Assembly: GCA_020059465.1 (NCBI GenBank)
Contig: JAGVBZ010000030.1
Span: forward strand, 199,976-263,975
DNA: 64,000 nt
Reading direction: 5' to 3'
From: Brevinematales bacterium
GTDB lineage: Bacteria > Spirochaetota > Brevinematia > Brevinematales > GWF1-51-8
The notes below the pieces were generated by a model that saw only the letters and a list, made by a program, of their open reading frames with translations, ran no database searches and was not told where the DNA came from. Positions within the stretch are counted from its first letter, which is position 1. Every line of letters starts with the position of its first letter. The position numbers and the translations under genes are program-made. Of the stretch, positions 55,511 to 64,000 are shown piece by piece.

Positions 55511-55673
55511 GAATTCCTCCAATACTTGATATGTATATATTAACATAAGCACAGAATAATACAAGTAGAATTTTCATATCACGATGCCGCAAACATTCTG
55601 ATAATATTTATTTCGAAACAGGATAGGTAAATAGAGGCGGACGTTTCCGCCCGCCTCGATATATCTAATGAAT

Positions 55674-57050
55674 TTACTGATTCGTATACTGCTGGATTAC
55701 AACCGCTGCAGTATCGACCCCCGCGACCGGTGTAACCTGTATCGTCGCCGCACTGTCGATTCCCGCAATATTTGTGGATACCCCGTTTACAGAAGTGTTT
55801 GCCACAGTTAAAGACGCGTTACTCATAAAGGCCGCGCCGGGCAGTTCGCCGTTAGCGTCGAGCTTCAGCACCCAAATATCCGAGAAACTCGCGCTCCATG
55901 AGTAGGAATAGCCCCCGATGATATAACCCCCGTCCGATGTCTGACGCACCGATTGCCCCATATCGTTATTCGTCCCGCCGAATGTATTCTGCCACAGAAT
56001 GTTTCCCAGACCGTCGATTTTCAGCGCGAGAACATCCGCGCCGCCCTTTCCAAAGGAAGCCGTATTCCCCGCGATAATAAACCCTCCGTCCGACGTCTGC
56101 TGAATACTTTTAGCATATTCATCGGCGCTCCCGCCGTATGTCTTCTGCCAATTCGTCGTACCGTTGCTATTCAATTTGAGAAGCCAAATATCGTAGCCGC
56201 TCGCGCCGAAGGAAAGAGTATTGCCCGCGAGGAGATATCCGCCATCTGTGGTCTGCAGGACAGAGTATACGCTATCGGAATCAGCGCCCCCGATTGTATA
56301 CTGCCATTCTGCAATCCCAGTACCGTTAAGTTTTAATATCCATATATCACCGAGGCCCGCGCCCATGGATGCAAATCCGCCAACAATATACCCGCCGTCC
56401 GACGTCTGCTGCACCGTCATAGCGCCGTCTTCAGCACCGCCGCCGTAACTTTTCTGCCAGTTCGTCGTACCGTTTGCATCGAGTTTCAGCACCCAGATAT
56501 CGCCGCCGCCCGCATCGAAAGAATAGGTACTGCCTACGACGATATATCCTCCGTCGGAGGTCTGCTTAACATCCGTCACTTCCTCGAAGGAAGTGCCGCC
56601 GAATGTCTTCTGCCAGCTTGAATTTCCATTCGCGTCCAGTTTCAGTACCCAGATATCGGCACTACCCGCGCCGTAGGAATAGGTATAACCCGCGACAATA
56701 TATCCCCCGTCGGACGTCTGCTGAACAGATTGCCCATAATCATTGTTGCTCCCCCCGAATGTCTTCTGCCAATTGGTGGCACCGTCCGCATCAAGCTTCA
56801 GCAACCAGATATCCGAATTCCCGGCGCCGAACGAATCGGTTTGCCCGGCGATTAGATATCCCCCGTCGGATGTCGGCACTATGTTACCCAAATAATCCGG
56901 ATTAATGCCTCTGTACGATTTCGCCCATTTGACGACAGTTACGCCGGTAGGCGGATTATTATCCGCAGGAGGCCCGCCGCAGCCCGCCAATCCCGTCACT
57001 ATTGCCGTAGAGACGGCAACTACAGAAAATATTCTGTGAAAATGTTTCAT
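55674..57050 (-). CDS. beta-propeller repeat lipoprotein (SDGGYI / WQKTFGG repeats)
   Basis: 458 aa. Lipobox GLAGCGG. About 8 tandem ~48-aa repeats: WQKTFGG..D....V.QTSDGGYI.AG.T.SFGAG..DIW.LKLD.NG. Confidence 0.75.
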   Translation of the reverse strand: MKHFHRIFSVVAVSTAIVTGLAGCGGPPADNNPPTGVTVVKWAKSYRGINPDYLGNIVPTSDGGYLIAGQTDSFGAGNSDIWLLKLDADGATNWQKTFGGSNNDYGQSVQQTSDGGYIVAGYTYSYGAGSADIWVLKLDANGNSSWQKTFGGTSFEEVTDVKQTSDGGYIVVGSTYSFDAGGGDIWVLKLDANGTTNWQKSYGGGAEDGAMTVQQTSDGGYIVGGFASMGAGLGDIWILKLNGTGIAEWQYTIGGADSDSVYSVLQTTDGGYLLAGNTLSFGASGYDIWLLKLNSNGTTNWQKTYGGSADEYAKSIQQTSDGGFIIAGNTASFGKGGADVLALKIDGLGNILWQNTFGGTNNDMGQSVRQTSDGGYIIGGYSYSWSASFSDIWVLKLDANGELPGAAFMSNASLTVANTSVNGVSTNIAGIDSAATIQVTPVAGVDTAAVVIQQYTNQ

Positions 57051-57183
57051 AGTCCCTCCTTAATCAGTTGTTACTATTATACACCCATTTATCGTTATGT
57101 CAAATATTTTCCGCAGACTGCGGTAAAAATATCAACTATTCAACTATGTACCGGTGCGGGATTACTCCCGTGCGATAGGCACA

Positions 57184-57348
57184 GCGCTGTCTTCGACGCA
57201 GACTGACTGCCACTATGCTGGCATTTCTATCGTAATGGGTTTTGCCTGCGCAGCAGCAGCCAATACACCCGCGCTGTCTTCGACGCAGGCTCGCTTCTTA
57301 TATACCTGTCTTTCAAACGTAATGGGTTTAGCCTGCGCAGCAGTTGCG
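57184..57348. repeat. two tandem REP-like units (family 1), each an imperfect palindrome
   Basis: Both units start gcgctgtcttcgacgcagRct and end cgtaatgggtttWgcctgcgcagcag (57184-57269, 57271-57348). The ends are partly self-complementary. The core matches 31468-31490 and 9506-9522. Confidence 0.6.
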
Positions 57349-57399
57349 TTTTTTAGCGTATAGAATTAAAATAAAGCTGTCAGTATTCCGGAGGAACCC

Positions 57400-58692
57400 A
57401 TGAAGGTAGTGACACCAGAATCCCTGCGAATGTACCGCAGGTCCTTAGCTGAAATCGATAAGAAGATACTCGACCGCGTCGCTGAGATTATCGACGAGGT
57501 ACGCGAACGCGGCGACGATGCGCTGATCGACTTCACGCGCGAATTCGACCGGGTTGAGGGAGATTTCCAGATCGAGGCAACCGACGAGGAATTCGACGAC
57601 GCCCGCGCCCAGGTACGCGCCGAGCACGGCGATATCCTCCGTTATTTCCTCAACGCCGCTGACAATATACGCCGTTTCCACGAGCGCCAGCGCGAATCGT
57701 CGTGGATGTATACCGATAACGGCAACCTGTTCGGGCAGATGATCACTCCCATAGACCGCGCCGGGGTATATGTCCCGGGCGGTAAGGCGTTCTACCCGTC
57801 GTCCGTTCTGATGAACATTATCCCCGCGAAGACCGCAGGAGTACCGGAGATAGTGATCTGCACGCCGCCGCTGAAAAACGGCTCCGCGAACCCGATGGTA
57901 CTGACGCTCGCAAAGGAACTGGGGGCGGAACGGGTGTTTAAGGTAGGCGGGGCGCAGGCGATCGCCGCGCTTACATACGGGACTGAAACCGTACCTTCGG
58001 TCGCAAAAATCACCGGGCCGGGAAATATTTATGTCGCGACTGCGAAACGTCTTGTGTCCGGGATGGTGGGGATCGATTCGATCGCGGGGCCGTCCGAAGT
58101 GGTGGTGCTCGCCGACCATAGCGCAGACCCGGAGCTTGCCGCTATCGACCTCTGCGCGCAGGCAGAACATGACGAAAATAACGCCGTGTTCCTGATCTCG
58201 CCCAGCCGGAACTTTATCGACCAGGTAAACCGCTGCCTCGACAGCATTATTCCTACGCTGGAACGGCGTCATATCATAGAAGCATCGCTCAACCTTCATT
58301 CGTTTGCTGTTGCGGTCGACGACCTCGATCAGGCGTTCGATATCGTGAACAGGATCGCCCCTGAGCATATCGAGGTCATGATGGATATGGACTCGACCGA
58401 GATATTCACACGAATCCATAACGCGGGCGCAATCTTTATCGGAAATTTCTCTCCGGTCGCAACCGGGGATTATTACTGCGGGCCGAACCACATCCTGCCC
58501 ACCAAAGGCACCGCGAGATACTCGTCGCCTCTTGGAGTGTACGATTTTATCAAACGCAGCAGTTTTCTCAGCCTGTCTGAGAGTTATCTGAAGGAAAAAG
58601 GCGACGAGATCGAACAGATTGCGCTTTTCGAGGGATTCGAGGCGCACGCGCTGTCGGTCAGGAAGCGTCTGGACGGGACAAAGGAAGGGTAA
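57400..58692 (+). CDS. hisD: histidinol dehydrogenase
   Basis: 430 aa. GGAQAIAALTYGT, ITGPGNIYV, AGPSEV, QAEHD, APEHIE, GDY..GPNHILPT. Confidence 0.93.
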   Translation: MKVVTPESLRMYRRSLAEIDKKILDRVAEIIDEVRERGDDALIDFTREFDRVEGDFQIEATDEEFDDARAQVRAEHGDILRYFLNAADNIRRFHERQRESSWMYTDNGNLFGQMITPIDRAGVYVPGGKAFYPSSVLMNIIPAKTAGVPEIVICTPPLKNGSANPMVLTLAKELGAERVFKVGGAQAIAALTYGTETVPSVAKITGPGNIYVATAKRLVSGMVGIDSIAGPSEVVVLADHSADPELAAIDLCAQAEHDENNAVFLISPSRNFIDQVNRCLDSIIPTLERRHIIEASLNLHSFAVAVDDLDQAFDIVNRIAPEHIEVMMDMDSTEIFTRIHNAGAIFIGNFSPVATGDYYCGPNHILPTKGTARYSSPLGVYDFIKRSSFLSLSESYLKEKGDEIEQIALFEGFEAHALSVRKRLDGTKEG

Positions 58693-60494
58693 AAATGAAC
58701 GACGAACCCTCGCCCGGTTCCGATTCGACCCATATCGTACCGCCGTGGAGTTCGACGATTTTCCTGCAGACAGACAAACCGACGCCGCTTCCTTCCACTT
58801 CATCATAGGTAACCAGACGCTGAAACGGCTCGAATATTTTCTCCCAATATTTCTCGTCCATCCCCACGCCGTTATCGGAAACCGTAAACCGATAGAAATC
58901 CCCGGTTATTTCACAGCTTATGTCGATTTTCGGAGGAGTATCGGGTTTGGCATACTTTATAGCGTTACCGATCAGATTTTGGAACAGACGGGAGATTTGG
59001 GTGATATCCCCGTATATTTCGGGCATTTTCCCTGCCGTAATAACGGTGTTTGTTTCATCTATCAGTATCTTCAGGTTTAGCAGCGTTTCCTGCAACGCCG
59101 CATCCATCGAAAACACGGAAAACTCTTTTTTAACTGTGCCGATCCGGCTGTAATCGATGAGGTCTTTTATCAGGGTATTCATCCGCTTCCCGGCATTCAG
59201 GGCAAGTTCGATGAATTCAAGCAATTCCTCATCCCTTACCGGATTTCCTTTGATTTTCCCCGATCAGGCCTAAAAATCCCGACATCGTATGCAGAGGGGC
59301 TTTCAGGTCGTGCGAAACCGCATATGCAAACTGTTCGAGATCTCGGTTACTCTCTTTTAAGAGTTTCTCCTGCTCCTTCTGCCGTGAGATATCGATAATT
59401 AATCCTCTGATACCGGATATTATGTCATCGTCCATTATCGGCGTACTTGAAATCAATGCGGGGATTTTCGTATTTATATCCATTGCCGCTTCGCTTTCCA
59501 ATCCTTGTATCCTCTTCTCACGCATCATGGATAATATTTCAGTATCCCCCGCTTTTATCAGGTCCTGTATCCGCAATTCCTGGGGATGTGAGGCCGCGTA
59601 CAGACGAAACATCTCTTCAAGAGATTTATTATAGTAAACAATTCTTCCGGAAACATCCGTCTCGAATACCGAAATAGGCAGAAGGTCGGAGAGTTCCCGA
59701 AAACGTGTCTCGCTCTGCTTCAGCTCGCGGAACAGCAGACGATACGGTTCGCTCAGCCCCGTTTTTATGATCGCGCGGTAGATCAGGTAAAATGAGAGGA
59801 GTTTGAAATAATGCCCGATAAGATTGGTAAAACCGTAATTATCGGTATAAACCGTAAAGAATAATTCGGCCGCAATAGTAAAAACGAGGGAGAACAGGAG
59901 CAGCAGGAAAATATTTTCATCGAATTTCTTTCTGCGATAAACAAGCGCCCCAATTCCTGCGGCGAGAATCCCGCAGATAATGTATTCGCTTATTATTTTA
60001 AATTCCGTCTGACCAAGGCCCTCGACAAAACAAACCGGAAAGTTCTTCCAGATGAATATCGATGCAAATAACAGGATAGTCGCGGCTGAAAAACCCAAGA
60101 TCGTTAAGTGCGGGTGTTTCAGCTCTTTCTTTTTTGCAAAGAAGATGCCTGCAAACAGGCTGATGCTCTCCATAAAACGCCCGCCGATCCAGAGCTGATT
60201 AGCATAGTAGTCGTAGTCGGTAAATATATTCATTCCCTTATATGAGAGGGCGTGGAGAAGATCGATGCCGCCGATAAAAAGATAAGCTATCCCGATGAAC
60301 ACCAGATACCCGTTGGAAATGATTTTCCGGGTATTCCATGTGATAAAAAAGATTGTTACGGATACAGTGATACTGAAAAATTCTATTAACGAATGGAAAA
60401 GAAGGTAATTATAACGGCTCGAAAGATATAAGCCCCCAATAATAAAAAGCCAGAATACGGAATATCCCGCTTTATTTATCAGATGTTTCCCCAT
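58658..60494 (-). pseudogene. membrane sensor histidine kinase interrupted by a 1-nt frameshift in the DHp domain
   Basis: ORF 59229..60494 (about 6 TM + PAS + H-box FAYAVSHDLKAPLHTMSGFLGLI) ends ...NQRKSGKG-TGA. The adjacent frame continues DEELLEFIELALNAGKRMNTLIKDLIDYSRIG + HATPase (58658..59233). The junction lies at a GGG run (rc of 59233-59235). Confidence 0.75.
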
Positions 60495-60598
60495 AGTCTA
60501 TTTTAGTCCCGCACCCGCCTTCTGTCAAATTATCCCATAATTCCGGCGGTTGCGTAATTCTATGGCATTCTTTACAATACTGCTGCAGGCGGTAAAAT

Positions 60599-62011
60599 AT
60601 GAAAACTGCTTTTTTCGCATATCTGGCCGGGATTCTTTTATCAGTCAATCTTATCAATATTTTCGGGCTGTACCCGGTTCTGATGATATATTCCGCCCCC
60701 GCCGTTATCCATTCGATTATTCGTCTCGCCCCCTCTTTCGATAAGAAAAATTTTTTTCTCAGCGCGCTTCTCCTTTTCGCGGGGATAGGCGGGATACTCT
60801 CCGGATGGCTCGCCGACGGAATTCATACCGATTCCGAAAAGCCGGATCCGGTCACCGCGCCGGTAACCATCGAGGCCGTGTTCACTATTACAGGATTCCC
60901 GGATGTCCGGGAGATTGCGCCTAACGGAAAACTTGTTTTTTCCGTCCGCGCGGGCGGATACCAAATAATATCCGAAGATGCGGGAAAACTCTACCCGTCG
61001 ATGTCCGTAACCGTGCACGGCACGCTTTACCCGTACGGCGGAGGCGGGAGTATATACGCGAGTACCAACGGTATCGCTGTTCAGGAAACGGGAATCGCCC
61101 CGTTATCGTTGATCGCCGCCCTGAGAAACAACACCTCCATGCACTTTGTCCGCACAAAAAATCCCGTGACACGCGCGCTTTTATTCAGCCTGATTACAGG
61201 AAACCGCGCGTTTATGAGCTATAGCGATCTCCAGTCGTTCCGGATGAGCGGGATTGTCCATCTCCTCGCGCTGTCCGGGCTACATGTCGGGCTGATCAGT
61301 TTCGGGATAGTATTCCTCCTGAGGCGGGTTATGCGTGAAAAGACCGCATACCTGATCTCATCGTTCGCCGTGATGGGGTATATGGCGCTCGGGGGAATGG
61401 GGCCGTCTCTCCTGCGGGCAGGACTGATGTTCGTACTGTACACGTTTCTTCGGGGGATAGGGCGAAAGCCAGATTTTATCGATATTCTTATATTCAGCGC
61501 GTTCGTCCTGCTGATGATCGACCCCCTTCTCGTCAGGAACATCGGATTTGTCCTGAGCTATGTTTCGACCGCGGCTATTGTACTTTTCAGCGGGCCGGTC
61601 CGAAGCAGACTCGGTCTGAAAGGGTACTACGGAAATATTTTTGCCGGGACTCTCGCCGCCAATACCGCCACTCTCCCCTTTCTGTTCTATTATTTTCAGG
61701 GGGCGAGCCTGATCGCGCCGCTCACCAATCTCCTTGTGATTCCGGTTTTCGGGGTAATACTGGGCTTAGTGTTTCTCCACTTTCTGCTGAGCTTATTCGG
61801 AATATTTTTCGTCGAGGCGGCGGTTGATGCGTTATGGTCGGGTATCGGGGGATTCTCGGATATCCTGACCCGGCCGGGATTTGTATATATCCATATCGAC
61901 GGTTTCAACTGGCTGTGCCTGATTGTTTCGCTCCTGCTGATCGCCGGGATATTTTTCGTTTATCCCCGCATCAGGTATCGTTCTGCGGCATTTCGGGACA
62001 AATCTGCATAA
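60599..62011 (+). CDS. comEC: ComEC/Rec2-family membrane protein (no C-terminal metallo-beta-lactamase domain)
   Basis: 470 aa. N-terminal OB/DUF4131-like region, then the competence domain SGIVHLLALSGLHVGL, and polytopic to the end. Confidence 0.8.
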   Translation: MKTAFFAYLAGILLSVNLINIFGLYPVLMIYSAPAVIHSIIRLAPSFDKKNFFLSALLLFAGIGGILSGWLADGIHTDSEKPDPVTAPVTIEAVFTITGFPDVREIAPNGKLVFSVRAGGYQIISEDAGKLYPSMSVTVHGTLYPYGGGGSIYASTNGIAVQETGIAPLSLIAALRNNTSMHFVRTKNPVTRALLFSLITGNRAFMSYSDLQSFRMSGIVHLLALSGLHVGLISFGIVFLLRRVMREKTAYLISSFAVMGYMALGGMGPSLLRAGLMFVLYTFLRGIGRKPDFIDILIFSAFVLLMIDPLLVRNIGFVLSYVSTAAIVLFSGPVRSRLGLKGYYGNIFAGTLAANTATLPFLFYYFQGASLIAPLTNLLVIPVFGVILGLVFLHFLLSLFGIFFVEAAVDALWSGIGGFSDILTRPGFVYIHIDGFNWLCLIVSLLLIAGIFFVYPRIRYRSAAFRDKSA

Positions 62012-62125
62012 AAATATACCTGAAACAGCAATATACCTATTATTACCGTCGGAATAATGAACAGTATTTAACCACTTCAAATTTCCTGCCTATATAATAA
62101 CCACGTTTTCGCATAAAATTATTTC

Positions 62126-62135
62126 TTCCGCGGAA
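62126..62135. promoter_or_regulatory. perfect 10-bp palindrome TTCCGCGGAA, candidate enhancer-binding-protein site
   Basis: Lies about 90 nt upstream of the sigma-54 promoter. A related aTCCGGAat is at about 62203-62211. The functional assignment is inference only. Confidence 0.25.
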
Positions 62136-62221
62136 ACATAAAAATATACGAAATCTATAATTCTTTATATTATATATACATAATGATATTCCTTCCTGTT
62201 TTTTATCCGGAATGAACTGTT

Positions 62222-62237
62222 TGGCACTTATTTTGCA
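62222..62237 (+). promoter_or_regulatory. sigma-54 (-24/-12) promoter TGGCAC-N5-TTGCA
   Basis: tTGGCACttattTTGCAata with GG and GC elements at consensus spacing (TGGCACG-N4-TTGCW). About 215 nt upstream of the ATG at 62451. Confidence 0.6.
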
Positions 62238-62450
62238 ATATACATATCAGGAATGAATATTCAAAGCATATTGAGTAATTATTAGGCGTTATTTTATACG
62301 ATTTCGCCTAAAAAACGGTTCATCGAACGGATGATGAAACAGTACAAGCATTGGAATATATACAAGGAGAGACCGCTTGAAAAAGCGGGTGTTACCGGGG
62401 GCCCGTTTCGGCGGGTATGATAGTCAAGAATACTTTTATAGGAGGAGAAC

Positions 62451-63146
62451 ATGAGAGTTCTTCGGAATGTTGCATTGACGGCGGTATTGGTGATGGGCAT
62501 GATGATCGTGATGCTGGATAAGGCGCACGCCTATTCCTTCAACGCATGGGTGGGCTTAACCGGCGATAAGACAATCGCAATCAATCCGTTTATGTATGGG
62601 AATATCACCCCCGGTTCTTTCAGCTCTACTTTTGAAAATGTGGTGGAGTTCGGTATCGGCGCGAACGCGGATTTTTTCATCAGCACGATGGGCTGGGGAA
62701 TGGCTCGTTTCGGTTTGGGTGATCCCAATCAGATCATCGCCTTAAAGGCCACGGCCGGATTGGGCGACACAAACGGCGGTTTTGGAACGTTTGGCCCTCA
62801 GTATCACGGCGTCTTTAACTTCGGGGATACTTTCACCCTCGAAGCCAACCTGTGGTGGGATTTGTCCTACATGAATTTGGCCGATATGACGATCACCGCG
62901 GTTATCGCTCCTGTTGTAAAGTTCGACAAGGACGCCACTGTGGCCGTGTTTGTTGAGATCGATCCGGTGCTCACATTGTCCGGCGGGTCTTCCGCTTTTG
63001 CCCTGAACATCGTACCCGGATTGTCTTTTCTTAACGGTACCGTGAGTGTCGGTCTTACGATCGGCGGTATCACCGGCTCCGCTGTCACGCTCGGTTACGG
63101 CGCGTGGCTATGGGTTCCGTTCTCTCTCGGAGGCGGTACGCAATAA
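62451..63146 (+). CDS. secreted beta-rich protein (possible outer-membrane barrel), paralog 1
   Basis: 231 aa with AGGAGG RBS. Signal peptide ...LDKAHA. Shares F(N/S)AW, INPF/LNPV, EFGIGAN.DFF.ST, VIAPVVKF, VEIDPV, VPG(L/I), (L/I)GYGA with 63327..63998. Confidence 0.65.
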   Translation: MRVLRNVALTAVLVMGMMIVMLDKAHAYSFNAWVGLTGDKTIAINPFMYGNITPGSFSSTFENVVEFGIGANADFFISTMGWGMARFGLGDPNQIIALKATAGLGDTNGGFGTFGPQYHGVFNFGDTFTLEANLWWDLSYMNLADMTITAVIAPVVKFDKDATVAVFVEIDPVLTLSGGSSAFALNIVPGLSFLNGTVSVGLTIGGITGSAVTLGYGAWLWVPFSLGGGTQ

Positions 63147-63188
63147 GTAAAAACGCTAGAGGTTAATACCTCCAGATCTCTCTATTTA

Positions 63189-63222
63189 GCGGCGTCCCCA
63201 CCCCCGGGGATGCCGTTTTTTT
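63189..63222 (+). terminator. rho-independent terminator
   Basis: cggcgtcccc-accccc-ggggatgccg followed by eight T. Confidence 0.75.
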
Positions 63223-63259
63223 TACATTTTCCTTCATTGCGATATAATTATCAAACAGA

Positions 63260-63288
63260 TTGACAAAATAAAATGAGTCCGATATAAT
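63260..63288 (+). promoter_or_regulatory. consensus sigma-70 promoter TTGACA-17-TATAAT
   Basis: TTGACA at 63260-63265, 17-nt spacer, TATAAT at 63283-63288, about 38 nt upstream of the ATG at 63327. Confidence 0.7.
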
Positions 63289-63326
63289 GCTAATTATGTT
63301 AGAAAAGACTAACTTGGAGGTATGGA

Positions 63327-63998
63327 ATGCGCGGTATGAAATTTATCCCGGCAGCGCTGGTTTCGTTTATCATGACGGCTATGATAACGGTCAATCTGAA
63401 CGCTTACTGTTTTTCTGCGTGGTGCGAGAAGGTTCCTCAGAACCAGATATTTCTCAATCCGGTCTTATCCGGAAAGCTCGACGGTGTTTCCTATACCGAC
63501 TGGGAATTTATTATCGGATTCGGCGTCGCCAAAAACATCGATTTCTACTTCAGCACCGATCAGTACGGTATCATCCGTTACGATTTTAGCGGAAACGATA
63601 TGGCTATCGTCGGATTGGAGGCCAGCTCTGCCGATTTTGCCCTGGAATTTCACGGGGTATATCCGCTCGATCCGTCTATCCTCATCGAGTTCAATGCATC
63701 CCTGACCATGCAGTACGGCAGTGTTTTAGAGACACCGGTTTTCAATTCGATCGTCGCCCCCGTATTTAAACTTTCCCCGGATTTTTCACTGTTCGTCGAA
63801 TTTATCCCCACCTATAGCTTCGCGTCAAACGGCGGTCTTTCCATGCAATTCGTTCCGGGAATCACCCTTTTCGACGGCGCATTCACCTTCGCGGTACCGA
63901 TTGAACTCACAGGCTCAGAAATCCAAATCGGATACGGCGCAATGATCGGTATCGGTTTCGATATCCCGCAAACCCCCGAAGAAACGGAAGAAAAATAG
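63327..63998 (+). CDS. secreted beta-rich protein, paralog 2
   Basis: 223 aa. GGAGG 6 nt upstream. Signal peptide ...VNLNAY. Collinear with 62451..63146. Confidence 0.65.
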   Translation: MRGMKFIPAALVSFIMTAMITVNLNAYCFSAWCEKVPQNQIFLNPVLSGKLDGVSYTDWEFIIGFGVAKNIDFYFSTDQYGIIRYDFSGNDMAIVGLEASSADFALEFHGVYPLDPSILIEFNASLTMQYGSVLETPVFNSIVAPVFKLSPDFSLFVEFIPTYSFASNGGLSMQFVPGITLFDGAFTFAVPIELTGSEIQIGYGAMIGIGFDIPQTPEETEEK

Positions 63999-64000
63999 AA

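Noticed and set aside
57445-58806. 453-aa ORF antisense to hisD
   Set aside because: Shadow ORF. hisD motifs on the + strand are unambiguous.

Overview
64-kb chromosomal segment of a bacterium. The gene content suggests an anaerobic or microaerophilic, probably uncultured organism; I cannot assign a taxon. I support about 65 protein-coding genes and found no rRNA, tRNA or CRISPR array by eye. GGAGG-type ribosome-binding sites (RBS) and 1-4 nt start/stop overlaps are common, and I used them to correct several ORF-track starts. Housekeeping content: citrate synthase, carA, eda, serA, neuB-type synthase, FtsW/RodA, PPK2, argF-argH, hisD, a complete rnfCDGEAB operon, larE-larB-larC, ComEC, an NSS transporter and an SRAP peptidase. 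Accessory content: VapBC and HicAB toxin-antitoxin pairs; an operon of a Cys-rich sensor kinase plus four hemerythrin-type genes; an ECF sigma/anti-sigma operon whose anti-sigma looks like a YfbK protein without its vWA core, with an intact YfbK-like vWA lipoprotein 3 kb away; an AT-rich two-gene islet bracketed by homologous terminator hairpins; several pairs of paralogous secreted, lipoprotein or membrane genes; and two families of REP-like intergenic repeats. The most unusual signal is at 46286-46936. The 3' end of a truncated rnfB (98 aa, no ferredoxin domains) is amplified as seven tandem 95/96-bp units. Each unit re-encodes the C-terminal tail plus its stop codon, and the copies differ mainly at third codon positions. 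Other points: an H-NOX-like protein lacking the heme-ligating His next to larEBC (no larA in the window), a frameshifted histidine kinase, and a paralog pair driven by a sigma-54 versus a sigma-70 promoter. Everything is read by eye from the sequence and ORF track. No database search was run, so family names are pattern-recognition calls.
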